A DNA stretch of 63,919 bases, filler included, from Octopus bimaculoides (GCF_001194135.2; 6 parts of 6 records of this genome joined end to end with filler, not necessarily neighbours in it); one strand, 5' to 3'. Positions 47,771 through 61,492 are shown, numbered from the whole stretch's first letter. Numbers and translations are program-made. The notes: generated from the letters alone by a model not told the origin.

Positions 47771-49349
47771 TTTCTCCCAGCCATAATCTAGTTGATATTA
47801 AATTTCCTTTACTTTTTTATGGAATATTGTGATTTCTTTTCCTTTCAAGCAAACAATCAAATTTAGCCAGGATACTCTGTGTATCATATTACACTATGTA
47901 TAAATCCAATACTAATCACAACTTGAATCATTTCAGAATACTAGCTGGGATTATTGGTGCATCTAGATGTTGATCATTCAAACGGGAAATAATTGCTGCG
48001 GGAGAAGAAACATAATGAAGCTCAGCAAAAGGTACCCTAACTAGAAAGCTGTAGTGCCAGACACAGTAAACCTTTTTCCCTAATAATACTGAATTGTTGC
48101 CTCGACTTCGTCGAAATTTTCAAGTGCAACCAATCGTTCGAAGGTGACAGTTCAATATCCAGTGTTCAGACTCTACATTAACAATTGAAAGTGTTTATAT
48201 AGAAGGAAATGTGATTAGTTACAAATTTCACCTTCACATTTGAGCTATTGGAAATGAGTGTAACGCACCCGTAGTTTTCAGGGTCCACAAATTTTTAGTT
48301 GTTTTCGTTTCATAGAGAGTTTAGTATTGTAAGATGTGGCTTTATTATTTGGGTAATGATGCACTCGCTGACTTGGCAGAATCGTTAACACGCCGGCCTA
48401 AAGACATAGCGGCATTCTCGCCGCTTTTATGTTTTGAGTTCGCATTCTACTGAGGTCAATTTTTCCTTTCATCTTCTCAAGGTCATTAAAACAATGTACC
48501 ATCAAGCACTTGGGGTCGATGTAATCAACGAAGCCCCTACTGCTAAAATTACTGGCCTTGTTCCAAAATTTGATGGATTTATTTTGGTGAGGATACGGGG
48601 ACCCCAAACCTCGAGAATGTTGTATGAATGTAATAACGATTTTGGCATAAGGCCATCAATTTCAGTGGAGGAGTAAATCAGTTCTAGCGAGCCCAGGCCT
48701 CAACTGGTACACATTTTATCGATCTCAAAAGCGTGGAAGGAATTCTAATGTAATAACAAGGACAATACTTGTTTTATAGCATCCAGCAGTTGGTATTGAA
48801 TAACATGTTCATAACTGGCAAACTACACTGCCTTGTAGGAAGAGCTTACGTATATGCAGAGTCTAAGCAATATTTGTATAGACTTTCAATGCGATTATTG
48901 CTTTTTGAGAACATTCAGCAACATATTGTCTGATCAAACTGTGATAATATGTATAACATTGGCTGTATTCTATAGACTAATTCCACACTCTAATCCATGC
49001 CTTCAAGCCATTTTATATTCCTCTCATGCTGAATCATTACTATTTCTTTGGGAAATAAAAGTTATTTTAATATATCTACGACGGCATATTTTCTTTCTAA
49101 TATACAATATATTTTGTATGTGGTACTTGAATATATTAATTTCAAATATTTGTTATTACTTTATTTATATGACGTACGGAGATCCTGAGTGGGCAGAAAA
49201 TACATTATATGTCTGGTATATCTTCCGTTCTCTACAGCTAAAAGTTACTGCGTTGGACTTGGTTGGAACAAAGGTTAAAATGACTATGACGATGTTTGAA
49301 CTCTGGGGTAAGACACATGAATCTAAATGAAATAAAGTCATTTCATGTG

Positions 49350-49660
49350 GTTGTTGGCACTCCGTCGTTTACGATGTCAAGGGTTCCAGTTGATCCGATC
49401 AACGAAACAGCCTGCTCGTGAAATTAACGTGCAAGTGGCTGAGCACTCCACAGACACGTGTACCCTTAACGTAGTTCTCGGGGAGATTCAGCGTGACACA
49501 GTGTGTGACAAGGCTGGCCCTATGAATTACAGGCTTAACAGAAACAGGAAGTAAGAGTGAGAGAAAGTTGTGGTGAAAGAGTACAGCAGTGTTCGCCACC
49601 ATACCCTGCCAGAACCTCGTGGAGCTTTTAGGTGTTTTCACTCAATAAACACTCACAAAT
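49350..49660 (-). mobile_element. SINE family C, 5' truncated
   Basis: Reverse complement of the 38960-39265 body. Confidence 0.85.
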
Positions 49661-52397
49661 ACTGCGAAATATATATTGGTTCCAAATTTTACCACAGAAC
49701 CAGTATTTTCGGGAAATAAGGTAAGTCGATTATATCAATCTCAGTGTTCAACTGGTGCTTCTTTTATTGACACTGAAAGAATAAAAAGCAAAGTTGATTT
49801 CGGCGGAATTTCACCTCAGAACACAAAGATGAACGAAATACCATTACATGTTTTGCCGGTGTGTTAACGATTTTATCAGTGCGCCGCCTAAGCGAAAACA
49901 TAAATATTAAGCAATATAGATTTTATGCACAACACAGCATGAATCACAGGTATTGAAATATATTTAAATATAAAGCCATTAGCTATGATAAAGAACCTTA
50001 TGAGAAGGCAAACACATACCTTCTTTCCGTTGTATGGAATTGAATGAGGTAAAATCAAATTGATGGTTTTCAAATATGTATTAGTTAATAAAGCGGCGAG
50101 CTGGCAGAATCGTTTTTGCGCCGGACAAAATATTTTTGTGGCATTTCCTCTGAATTTACTATCAATTTCAATTGCCACCCGGGTCAATTTTGCATTTCAT
50201 CCTTTCGAGGTCGATAAAATAATCACCAGTTGTGTACAGGGTTTGATGTAAACCGATAAACCCCCATTCTGAAATTGGTGGCCTTGTGTCAAATTTTGAA
50301 ACCGATATTATCATACATGATTGCATAAAAGCATTCTTTTTGGAGGGAGACTAGNNNNNNNNNNNNNNNNNNNNNNNNNNNNNNNNNNNNNNNNNNNNNN
50401 NNNNNNNNNNNNNNNNNNNNNNNNNNNNNNNNNNNNNNNNNNNNNNNNNNNNNNNNNNNNNNNNNNNNNNNNNNNNNNNNNNNNNNNNNNNNNNNNNNNN
50501 NNNNNNNNNNNNNNNNNNNNNNNNNNNNNNNNNNNNNNNNNNNNNNNNNNNNNNNNNNNNNNNNNNNNNNNNNNNNNNNNNNNNNNNNNNNNNNNNNNNN
50601 NNNNNNNNNNNNNNNNNNNNNNNNNNNNNNNNNNNNNNNNNNNNNNNNNNNNNNNNNNNNNNNNNNNNNNNNNNNNNNNNNNNNNNNNNNNNNNNNNNNN
50701 NNNNNNNNNNNNNNNNNNNNNNNNNNNNNNNNNNNNNNNNNNNNNNNNNNNNNNNNNNNNNNNNNNNNNNNNNNNNNNNNNNNNNNNNNNNNNNNNNNNN
50801 NNNNNNNNNNNNNNNNNNNNNNNNNNNNNNNNNNNNNNNNNNNNNNNNNNNNNNNNNNNNNNNNNNNNNNNNNNNNNNNNNNNNNNNNNNNNNNNNNNNN
50901 NNNNNNNNNNNNNNNNNNNNNNNNNNNNNNNNNNNNNNNNNNNNNNNNNNNNNNNNNNNNNNNNNNNNNNNNNNNNNNNNNNNNNNNNNNNNNNNNNNNN
51001 ACTCCAAGACTTATTATTTGTACTTATTCTATGGGACTTTGTTGCTGAAACGCTAAGCTACGGGGACGTAAACACGCGAACATTGGTCGTCAAGTGATTG
51101 TTGCGGGGCAAACACAGACACACAAAAACATGTATATATATATATATATATATATACGATGGACTTCTTTCAGTTTCCATGTACCAAATCCACTCACAAT
51201 GCTTTGGCCAACTGGGAGCTATAGTAGAAGACGCATAAAGTGCTACGCTGTGAAACTGAACCCGGAACCATGTGGTTGGAAAGCAAACTTCTTACCACAC
51301 AGCCACTATGAATGAATACTATAAAATGAAAGCACTGGACATCTCCTTATCGCACAATGAATGAAACGAAACTTCTCTTGGGAGACGAAACCTGTTTCCA
51401 CAGCACTTCTCGGATTCCGTAATATACAATTCTTTTCTCCTTTTCATTCGACATAGAGTTGCTTTAATAAATACTAATTCTACTACAAAGATATTTTTTC
51501 AATAGTCATTATTGAAATATTATTTCTCGTATAGTCAATAAAGAATTAAAACTCAACAGTTAGCGTGATTGTAGGAGGGAAATTAAAATAAATCAGTTCG
51601 GTAATAAATTACTCCATCATCTTTCCCATCCTTCACCACAGCTGGCATTTTCTTAAGGAGGAGCTAATTTTTGTGGAAGCCGTCTGAAAGGCAAGACAGT
51701 GATGTATTAATGAAAGCTAGCTTATAGCCATAGAACAAAGTGCATCGGAAGAATGGAGACTACCAAGAATGTGCTCTATAAAATTTGCGTTAGTTATTAA
51801 CTACTGACCATGAAAATGAGTGGCATAGCCAATAATCGAAGTGGCCAAGATGTTATTCATGATTGAGTTTGGATTAAATCTTGCGTGATTTTGGAATAAA
51901 CAAAGGCTTTTGAGATAAGAGATAACTTATTGAACTGTGAATAATGTTGAATTTGCTTTAAAACAAGAAGGAGTGGGTCGGGCTTCAACAGATGCTTGGC
52001 TAAGAAATTGCAGAATGTCAAGACAGTAGTGTTATGCAGCCTTTAGCTGAATGACAATCTAATTCTGCAAAGCAATCATCCATATAATTTGATTGTATGA
52101 TATTTGTTGATATCTTCACGCATGATCGAATTCTCAACAGCTTGGTCAATTGGTGAGTTTGTAGTTACACAAATGAAATAGTTTACATTGTTGATCACTA
52201 TTTTTATTTGATTGCCCGTAAATTCAATAATATCAACATGTTTAAGGAAACATTAAGGACCCAAAGTACCTATGAAATGCTATTGTATGAGAAACACACA
52301 AAGAGTTTTCGGTGGTGCATAAAGAGATATGTTTTTCAAAGCCATTGTTTCCATCTAAAAACTTTCATAAGCGTTGAAATTTACAGAGATTCAATTA

Positions 52398-52401
52398 TCA
52401 C

Positions 52402-52455
<54 letters not shown>

Positions 52456-52610
52456 CATTATTATTATTACTATTATTATTATTAATATTATGATTATTAT
52501 AATAATTATTATTATTATAATTATTATCATTATCATCATCATCATCATCATTATTATTATTATTATTATTACGATCAAGAAATCAGCAACAGCAGCAGTT
52601 TCAGTAGTAA

Positions 52611-52641
<31 letters not shown>

Positions 52642-52672
52642 TGTAGTAGTAGTAGTAATAGCGATGTTGTTG

Positions 52673-52704
<32 letters not shown>

Positions 52705-52860
52705 GGAGGTGTTAGTGGCAATAGTTTAAGTTGTGTGGCAGTGGTGGTCATGGTGCTGGCTACCTTGGCAGTGGTGGTGGCGGTGTTAGTAGCAGTAGTA
52801 TTTTCGATAGTGGTCGTAATGGTAGCTGTGACACTACTACTACTACTACCACTTGTAGTC

Positions 52861-52891
<31 letters not shown>

Positions 52892-52960
52892 CGGCGGCGG
52901 CGGCGGTGATGGTGGTGGTGGTGGTGGTGGTTGTGGTGGTGGTATTCGTGGTGTCTTTAT
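52398..52960. repeat. Compound trinucleotide cascade (TTA, TCA, GCA, GTA, GTT, GTG, GCG)
   Basis: Direct reading; source of the poly-I/V/L/S/G/P pseudo-ORFs. Confidence 0.95.
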
Positions 52961-53151
52961 TGCTTTCATTAGCATTATTAAAGGGGCAAGAGAATGAAGA
53001 AGAATTAATTATTTACGATAAATTCAAATTCAGCTGAAATACATTTAATTTCTGTCTTCCTGGGGTTGTTATAATACAGTATCTGACATTTATAAGGCTC
53101 TTATTACAACACCGGTATTAGATTCAGCCATGCAGCTTAGGTATAAAATAT

Positions 53152-53217
<66 letters not shown>

Positions 53218-53225
53218 CATTATCG

Positions 53226-54935
53226 AAGGCGGCGAGCTGGCAGAATCGCTAGCACGCTGGACGTAATGCTTAGCGTTATTTCACCTGTCCTTACGTTCTG
53301 AGTTCAAATTCGGCCGACGTCGACTTTTCTTTTCTTCCTTTCGGGATCGATAAATTAAGTACCAGTGAAACACTAGGGTCGATATAATCTATTAGTCCCC
53401 TCCTACCAAATTTCAAACCCTGTGCCTAGAGTAGAAAGGATTATTATTATTATTATTATTAATGTGCGTGTCAAGACAGCAAGTTGGCAGAATTGTTAGC
53501 ACGCTGGGAAAAATGCTTACCGGCATTTCGTCCGTCTTTCCGTTCTGAGATGAAATTCCGCCGTGGTCGAATTTACCCTTTCGTCTTCTTGGGAGTCGAT
53601 GAAATAAGTACCATTTGGATATCGGGGTCGATCTAATCGTTTAACCCACTATCCTCAAATTGCCGGCTTTGTGCGAAAATTTTAAACTATTATTATTATG
53701 ATAGGCAAGGTGATGCTTTGGCACAATTGTGAGCACACCAGACGAAATGCTTCACAGCATATTCTCCGCCTTTTCGATCCGTGTTCCAATTTCACCGTTG
53801 CCAACTTTTCCTTTCACCCTTACGGGATTGATGAAGGAAATACCAGTCGAATACTAGAGTTGATGTAATCGACTGTCCTATAGAAGAAAGGATTATCATT
53901 ATTATTATTAAGGTCCGCTGCTATGTTCTGATTTCAAATTCCGCCGAGGTTGACTTTGCTTTTCGTCCTTTCGCGGTCGATAAATTAAGTATCAGTTGAG
54001 CACTGGGTCGATGCAACAGACTATTCCCCTCCCCGGAAATTTCAGGCCTTGTGCCTATAGTAGAAGATATTATTATTAAGGTGATTGTTACTGTGGCGAG
54101 CTGGCAGAGACGTTAGCACGCCGGACAAAAATGCTTAACAGCATTTCTTCCGACTCTTCATAGCTTTAGTTGAAATACGGTTGAGGTCGATGTTGCCTTT
54201 GATCCTTTTGGAGTCAAGGACAGGGATCAATGTAAATGGTTTACCCTCTACTAAAAATCACTGGTCTTGTGCCAGAATTAGAAAGAATCATTAATGTGAA
54301 CGGTTCATGTGGTGAGCCGTTAGAATCGTTAGTGCGTCGAACAAAATGCGTAGCAATATATCTTCCGATTTCTGTATGTTCTGAGTTTCAGTGCTGCCGA
54401 GGTCAACTTTGGTTTCGGTGCTTTTGGTGTCCATAAATAAAAATACCAGTAGCCTACTACGTCGCTGTAATAGACAAGCCTCTTACCTAAAATTGCTGAC
54501 TTTGTGCCAAAATTTGAAAGCAATTATAGACGCGAGCTAACAGAATCATTAGTAAGCCTGATAACATACTTAGTGGCATGTCTTTCGGCACTTTGCGTTC
54601 AAGAAAAAAACGTTGTTGTTGTTGTTGTTGTTGTTGTTGCTGCTGCTGCTGCTGCTGCTGTTGTTGTTGTTGTTAATATTCTCTGGCAGAGATTTCGGGT
54701 CTTGTGCCTAGAGAAGAAAAGAATATTCTCTCGCAGAAACGTTAGCACGCCGGGCAAAATGCTTAACAGTATAACGTCTGTCTGTACGTTCTGAGTTCAA
54801 ATTCTGCCGAGGTCGACTTTGCCTTTCTTTCTTCAGGGGTCGATAAATTGCGTACCAGTTACGTACTCGGGTCGATCTAATCGACTGGCCCTCACCCCAA
54901 AAATGTTGGGCCTTTTCCCTAGAGTAGAAAAAAAA
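53226..54935 (+). mobile_element. Head-to-tail array of about 8 family-A SINE copies
   Basis: Heads or partial bodies at about 53226, 53475, 53708, 53912, 54093, 54310, 54528, 54731, all on +, mostly separated by short (TTA)n linkers. Confidence 0.85.
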
Positions 54936-55612
54936 GATTCTCTCACCTCGTCTATGTGTTGATATATCTGTCATATTTTCAGTTAGAGTTTATTTTATCT
55001 GTCATATTTTCAGTTAGAGTTTATTTTGGACCAGTTAGAGTTTATTTTGTATTTTCTCTTAAGACATTTAAACATAAATTGAGAGAGATTTGGTTGCTAT
55101 TTTTAGCTGATCGTATCACCATATAGAGTAGACCTGGCTCTCTAGTTGAAGAAAAATTTAAACAAATATGGTAAAGTATTGTTATCAATTTAGTTCCGTT
55201 TCTTCGGCTGCACAAATGATTTTCTATTCAGTCTACCCAGACATATAGAATAGACTAAAATCAGATTTATCATTTTCATCGATGTTTGAAGATATTGTAG
55301 AAGTTAATCTTCAGAAAATGCAATTACATTAAGTGAAATATGGTCTGTTGTGTTGATAAATATTTGATATCATACAATATATGCATAAGGTATATTGATC
55401 TCAATGCGTGAGATAAAGTACATTTAACTATTTAACTCTTCGTTGATAATGCTGTCGCGAAGGAAATTGGCAGAAACAAGTAATATATTTACACAGGGAA
55501 AAGATTTTAATATAATTTCATCAATAAATCTGATGGTCGATATGGAATAAGATTTAAGTTGTCAATGAGTCAAGTCTGTGACATGGTTTCGGTTTATGTG
55601 TGCTGCAAGATA

Positions 55613-55808
55613 TAGTAATCCCTCGCCATATTGCTGTTCACCTATCGTAGTGTTCTTTTGCATTTATGATAAAATAAATATATGCAAATTATTTTTAAAA
55701 TAATTAAAAAATATACAGTACTATACTGTTTCTACTTCGCGGATTATCACCTATCGCTGGGGTGAGGGATTCTGGAACTTAACACCCGCGAAAGTCGAGG
55801 GATTACTG
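55613..55808. mobile_element. pogo/Tigger-like MITE
   Basis: TA|TAGTAATCCCTCG ... CGAGGGATTACTG|TA (13-bp TIR with one terminal mismatch, TA flanks). Confidence 0.75.
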
Positions 55809-55844
55809 TATTTACCTTTTATATGTCATTAAAAGGCTAACGAA

Positions 55845-56165
55845 ATGTGACTTAGTGGGTAGGGTACTCGGCTCACGATCGTAAGGTCCTGAGTTCGATA
55901 CCGAGCAACGCGTTGTATCCTTGAGCAAGACATTTTATTTCAGGTTACTCAAATCCACTCAGATGGCAAAAATGAGTAGTACCTGTAATTGAAAAGGGCC
56001 AATCTCGTCATATTCTCTGTCATGCTGAATCTCGCTAAGAACTACGTTAGGGCTTATTCTTGTTTGTGGAGTGCTCAGCCGCTTGCACGTTAATTTCCCA
56101 AGCAGGTTTTTTCCGTTGATCGTATCGGCTGGAACTCGCGTCGTCGTAACCGACGGAGGGCCATT
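55845..56165 (+). mobile_element. SINE family C-related, tRNA head intact
   Basis: GACTTAGTGGGTAGGGTACTCGGCTCACGATCGTAAGGTCCTGAGTTCGATAC head; tail GTCGTCGTAACCGACGG. Confidence 0.75.
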
Positions 56166-56609
56166 TAAAGTTAAATACTAAAGGTAAAGACGCCTAACAT
56201 GAAATTAAAGACTTCCTGGGTCGGCGAGGCGTGACGAAACTCCACTGAGGCCGCTTGAAGAAGAAGAAGAAGAAGAAGAAAGGCTTCTTTCAATTTCCTT
56301 TCACCAAATCCCTATCAAGGAATACTGTCAAGGCTTTGGTTGGCCCGGAACTATAGTAGAAAACACTTGACCAAGATGCCGCGCAGTGGAACTGAACCCT
56401 GAACGATGTGGTTGTGAAGCAAATTTCTTATCACGGAACAACGACTATACATAACAAACTAAGTTTCAGAATTGAGTGTTTTTATGTATTGCTAAGCGCA
56501 ATCATGAATATGCATTATATGCACACGGGTGTGTTCCCTAAGCTTGAAACCCAGAGTAATAATTCTTTCTACTCTTTGAATTTTTTTTTTTTTTTATTGG
56601 TGGGGGGTA

Positions 56610-57225
56610 TGGGATGAATCGATTATATCAAGTCCAGTGCGTAACTGGTACTTATTTAATTGACCCCGAACGGTTAAAAGGCAAAGTTGACTTCGGCGGA
56701 ATTTGAACTCAGAACGTAAAGACAGGCGAAATATTGCCAAGCATCTCGCTCGGCGAACTAAAGACTCTGCCTTGAATGATATGAAATGTTTGGCACAAGG
56801 GCAGCTTNNNNNNNNNNCTCGGCGAACTAAAGACTCTGCCTTGAATGATATGAAATGTTTGGCACAAGGGCAGCTTGGGAGAGGGGATTAAGTCGATCTT
56901 ATCGACCCCAGTGCGTAACTGGCACTTATTTAATTGACCCTGAAATGTTGAAAGGCAAAGTTACTCGGCGAGCTAACGATCCTACCAGCTCGCCGCCTTC
57001 AAACTCAGAGTTATAATCCTTTCAGCTATAGGAACAAGGCCTGAAATTTGAGGGAGGGGATGAGTCGATTACATTGACCCGATATTTCACTGGTGCTTAA
57101 TTTATCGACCCCGAAAGCATGAATGGCAAAGTCGACCTCGGTTAAATTTGAACCCAGAACGTAGCGACGAGCGAAATACCGCTAAGCATTACGTCCAGCG
57201 TGCTTACTATTCTGCCAGCAAACTC
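56610..57225 (-). mobile_element. Cluster of three family-A SINE copies on the minus strand
   Basis: Reverse-complement blocks at about 56610-56760, 56880-57000 and 57005-57225. Confidence 0.75.
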
Positions 57226-58023
57226 AGAGTAATACTGATGTGAGAAATTACAACTTCCAGCAAAATATCACATCTTAATTCATTATTTATGTTACTTTCT
57301 TTTCTGGAAACTCGGCACGTACTGACAGCTGATGCTCCACGGACTGACACCGGTCCGTGGAGCACCACATTCAGTAGCATTGCTCTAGAGCACATTGGAC
57401 AGCATGTTAACTCGACTGGTTTCCGTTGGCCATGGTTCTCGCCACATCTACCCACATGATACTGTCCTCTTTTTTGTTAGCCATGAATGTTCTGTGCCAT
57501 GTGATAATCAGTCTTATTCTCCTTCTCTTCTCTTCTGGCGATGTCAAATTTAAAGCTGTTTTAGGATGGTAGCTGCAGTATGTGATCTGTTAGAATGGTA
57601 GCCACAGTGTATGAACTCTTATTCTTTTATTCTTTTACTTGTCTCGGTCATAAATATCACCACCAAGAAAAGTAAATGTATAGTCAACGCATGTAACGTG
57701 ACCATACCATGGTTTCACTTAGACACTGAATCGCCACAGCGAAAAACAAAACATAAATGTAATAAAACGTAGATTCGATGTCATCCACAGGCAAATATAT
57801 ATACGTTCATTAATTCTGCTATACACAGAAGTAAAATTAAAACATATTGTGATACAATTATTTCACTCCAAAAGTTTAAAATTTCGTATAATTTAATGTT
57901 TCTGAAGAGCAGATATTTGTTTCATAGAATATATTATCTCAGAAGAATAAATGTTTACATACAAATATTTAACTATTAATTATATTCATGAATGTAAATG
58001 CACGGGGGTATTTATGTAACTGT

Positions 58024-58083
<60 letters not shown>

Positions 58084-58271
58084 CTGTGAGAGAGAGGGAC
58101 AGACAGAGACACTGAGAGACAGAGAGACAGAGGCAGACTGACAGAAAGACAGACAAACACAGTATATGTTTGTATGTATTCACGGATTTTATGCATGTAC
58201 GCGTGTGCGTCATTTCAGACATACACACATGCACATATGTATATTATAATAAGCTCATGTATAAAGATATA

Positions 58272-58303
<32 letters not shown>

Positions 58304-58819
58304 NNNNNNNNNNNNNNNNNNNNNNNNNNNNNNNNNNNNNNNNNNNNNNNNNNNNNNNNNNNNNNNNNNNNNNNNNNNNNNNNNNNNNNNNNNNNNNNNN
58401 NNNNNNNNNNNNNNNNNNNNNNNNNNNNNNNNNNNNNNNNNNNNNNNNNNNNNNNNNNNNNNNNNNNNNNNNNNNNNNNNNNNNNNNNNNNNNNNNNNNN
58501 NNNNNNNNNNNNNNNNNNNNNNNNNNNNNNNNNNNNNNNNNNNNNNNNNNNNNNNNNNNNNNNNNNNNNNNNNNATATATATATATATATATATATATAT
58601 AAGTATACATTTACATATTTATATATATAAACATATATATATATACCTGGGTATGTGTGTAGGCAAACGACTGCGTAGTTAGGTGTTTATATACGTATCT
58701 ATGTATCTGTGGTTATGAATGATTATATACAGGCATAAAACTATTTCTCTATCAATAACCACATGCACACGCACGCACTTACACGTATACATACACAAAT
58801 ACACCTACGCACATGCACG

Positions 58820-58851
<32 letters not shown>

Positions 58852-59338
58852 CACACACACTTCATATGAATTCAAGCAATGGCGATGTAGGTAACGTGGA
58901 ATCGAAATCATATCTTATTAAACAGCCTGTTCATACTGATTTTTCAGTAAATAATGCGATAAATGATTTGCGTTTAGAGAAAAATATTTTCAATTTTAAA
59001 ACTTACTTAAACATTCTTGACCTTTACATTCATACCCAAAGCTGTATTTTTGGAAACGATGCTGCTTGGGCAAAATTTGAGCGAATAATTTTCAATGAAT
59101 ATGCGCATTTCTAAACAGCATCTTAAGGGTCCGCTAATGAATGCGGCCGCTCTTCTACAAGAAGTTAGGATCCTAAACAACAACGAGGGAGAGCAATTGA
59201 TTTTTTTAAATATAAGTTGACAAATACATACAAACAGGCATACTTATATCCATACGTACGTATATACATATATATACACAGATAGACAGATACTATTACA
59301 CCTGTGTATGTGTATCTCTCTCTCTCTCTCGCTATATA

Positions 59339-59438
59339 NNNNNNNNNNNNNNNNNNNNNNNNNNNNNNNNNNNNNNNNNNNNTTAATTAATTAANNNNNN
59401 NNNNNNNNNNNNNNNNNNNNNNNNNNNNNNNNNNNNNN
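59339..59438. other. Artificial scaffold join: 44N + TTAATTAATTAA + 44N
   Basis: 12-mer at 59383-59394. Confidence 0.95.
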
Positions 59439-59475
<37 letters not shown>

Positions 59476-60540
59476 CGTGTCTCCTGGCCCTATTGAAATA
59501 TTTCCCATAATGACTGAGGAAGTGAGTTGGTGTGAATAGAACAAATGATCCCGAGGTGTGTTTTCAGTGTATGTAATACGATATATGTGTGTGTGTGTGT
59601 GTGTATGTGTGCGTGAGTGTATCTATGTGTGAGCATGTATGTATGTATGTGTGTGTGTATGTGTGTGTAGGTATGTATTTATGTATGTATGTGAGTGTGT
59701 GTGTCTGTTGTGTTTGCTTTGATTAAGTGTAATGATTGCGTACGTGTACATTTATAGATACGTGTAGACACACTCACGCACACCGGCAACGCACACACTC
59801 ACGCACACATATATACATACACACACACACACACATATACATTTATATATATATATATATATATATNNNNNNNNNNNNNNNNNNNNNNNNNNNNNNNNNN
59901 NNNNNNNNNNNNNNNNNNNNNNNNNNNNNNNNNNNNNNNNNNNNNNNNNNNNNNNNNNNNNNNNNNNNNNNNNNNNNNNNNNNNNNNNNNNNNNNNNNNN
60001 NNNNNNNNNNNNNNNNNNNNNNNNNNNNNNNNNNNNNNNNNNNNNNNNNNNNNNNNNNNNNNNNNNNNNNNNNNNNNNNNNNNNNNNNNNNNNNNNNNNN
60101 NNNNNNNNNNNNNNNNNNNNNNNNNNNNNNNNNNNNNNNNNNNNNNNNNNNNNNNNNNNNNNNNNNNNNNNNNNNNNNNNNNNNNNNNNNNNNNNNNNNN
60201 NNNNNNNNNNNNNNNNNNNNNNNNNNNNNNNNNNNNNNNNNNNNNNNNNNNNNNNNNNNNNNNNNNNNNNNNNNNNNNNNNNNNNNNNNNNNNNNNNNNN
60301 NNNNNNNNNNNNNNNNNNNNNNNNNNNNNNNNNNNNNNNNNNNNNNNNNNNNNNNNNNNNNNNNNNNNNNNNNNNNNNNNNNNNNNNNNNNNNNNNNNNN
60401 NNNNNNNNNNNNNNNNNNNNNNNNNNNNNNNNNNNNNNNNNNNNNNNNNNNNNGTGTGCATGTGTGTAAGTGCGGATATCTTCGTAGAAAGCAAAGATAG
60501 ACAGTTTGATATATATATATATATATGTCTATATATACAT

Positions 60541-60592
<52 letters not shown>

Positions 60593-61115
60593 GCAGAGAG
60601 ATAGATATTCCCTAACATACCTGCTCACCGGTCGCCCGCAGTAAGTATCGGCTTACATTGCACCTAATTCTCCATCGCGTAGAAAATTTTGTGTTTGGGC
60701 GTTCGTGTGGGTGTATGGCTTAGTTGTATGGGTTTGTGAGGAGTTTGTGTGTGCGTGTGTGTGTGTGTGTGTGTGCACGCGCGTGTTTTTGCTTTTAATT
60801 ATTATAAATTTTTCCGTTCCATTCATAACATCTTTTACAGTTCGGTCTGGACAACACGTCTTCTTCAAACTTCTTTCGTGCCCTCCTTCGTGTTCCTTCA
60901 GTTATACGGAGCATTTTCCTTTTAACGATTCCAAACTGAACAATATTATCGATAAGGCATCGAAATTGTGATGACTTTTGGTTTATAACTGATGAGGGGA
61001 GAAGCTGTCCACGACCGTTATGAGTTTTTCTTACTGTTTACTGTATTGTACTTCCTCCTCTTTCCGTGTCACATTTTAGCTATTATATACATATACGCAC
61101 ACATATATATATATA

Positions 61116-61278
61116 GGCGCCGGCGTGTCTGTGTCGTAAGAAGCTTGCTTCCAAACCACATGGTTCCGGATTCAGTCCCACTGAGTGGCACCTTGGACAA
61201 GTGTCTTCTACTATTGCCTAGGTACCCACCAAAGCCTTGCGAGTGGATTTGGTAGACAGAAACTGAAAGAATCCCGTC

Positions 61279-61322
<44 letters not shown>

Positions 61323-61492
61323 GTGCTTATGAGTGTGTGTCTGTGTCTCTGTTTGTTGCTGTGTTTAGGTCCCCATAACTTAGCGGTTCGGCAAAAGAAA
61401 ACTGATAGAAAAACTACCAGGCTTAAAAAGTAAGTACTGGGGTCAATTTGTTCGACTAAAAATTCAAGGCGGTGCCCCAGCATGGCCGCAGT
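61116..61492 (+). mobile_element. SINE family B, full length
   Basis: GGCGCCGGCGTGTCTGTGTCGTAAGAAGCTTGCTTCC head, internal (TA)n(TG)n, tail GGCGGTGCCCCAGCATGGCCGCAG. Confidence 0.85.

Noticed and set aside
52208-53037. Poly-Ile/Val membrane-protein-like and Gly/Ser-rich ORFs
   Set aside because: Compound trinucleotide microsatellite
53226-54935. CRISPR-like or satellite interpretation of the repeat array
   Set aside because: Units are about 200-bp diverged SINEs without unique spacers of fixed length; eukaryotic context; no cas genes
56748-56877. Perfect 60-bp direct repeat around a 10-N gap
   Set aside because: Typical unmerged contig overlap, an assembly artefact
58866-59114. 82-aa non-repetitive frame MNSSNGDVG..EYAHF
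   Set aside because: No recognisable homology or splice context; length within chance range
60790-61010. Minus-strand frame ..QFRCLIDNIVQFGIVKRKMLRITEGTRRRARKKFEEDVLSRPNCKRCYEWNGKIYNN* as a possible terminal exon
   Set aside because: Protein-like but unrecognised; a competing acceptor lies on the opposite strand; needs RNA evidence
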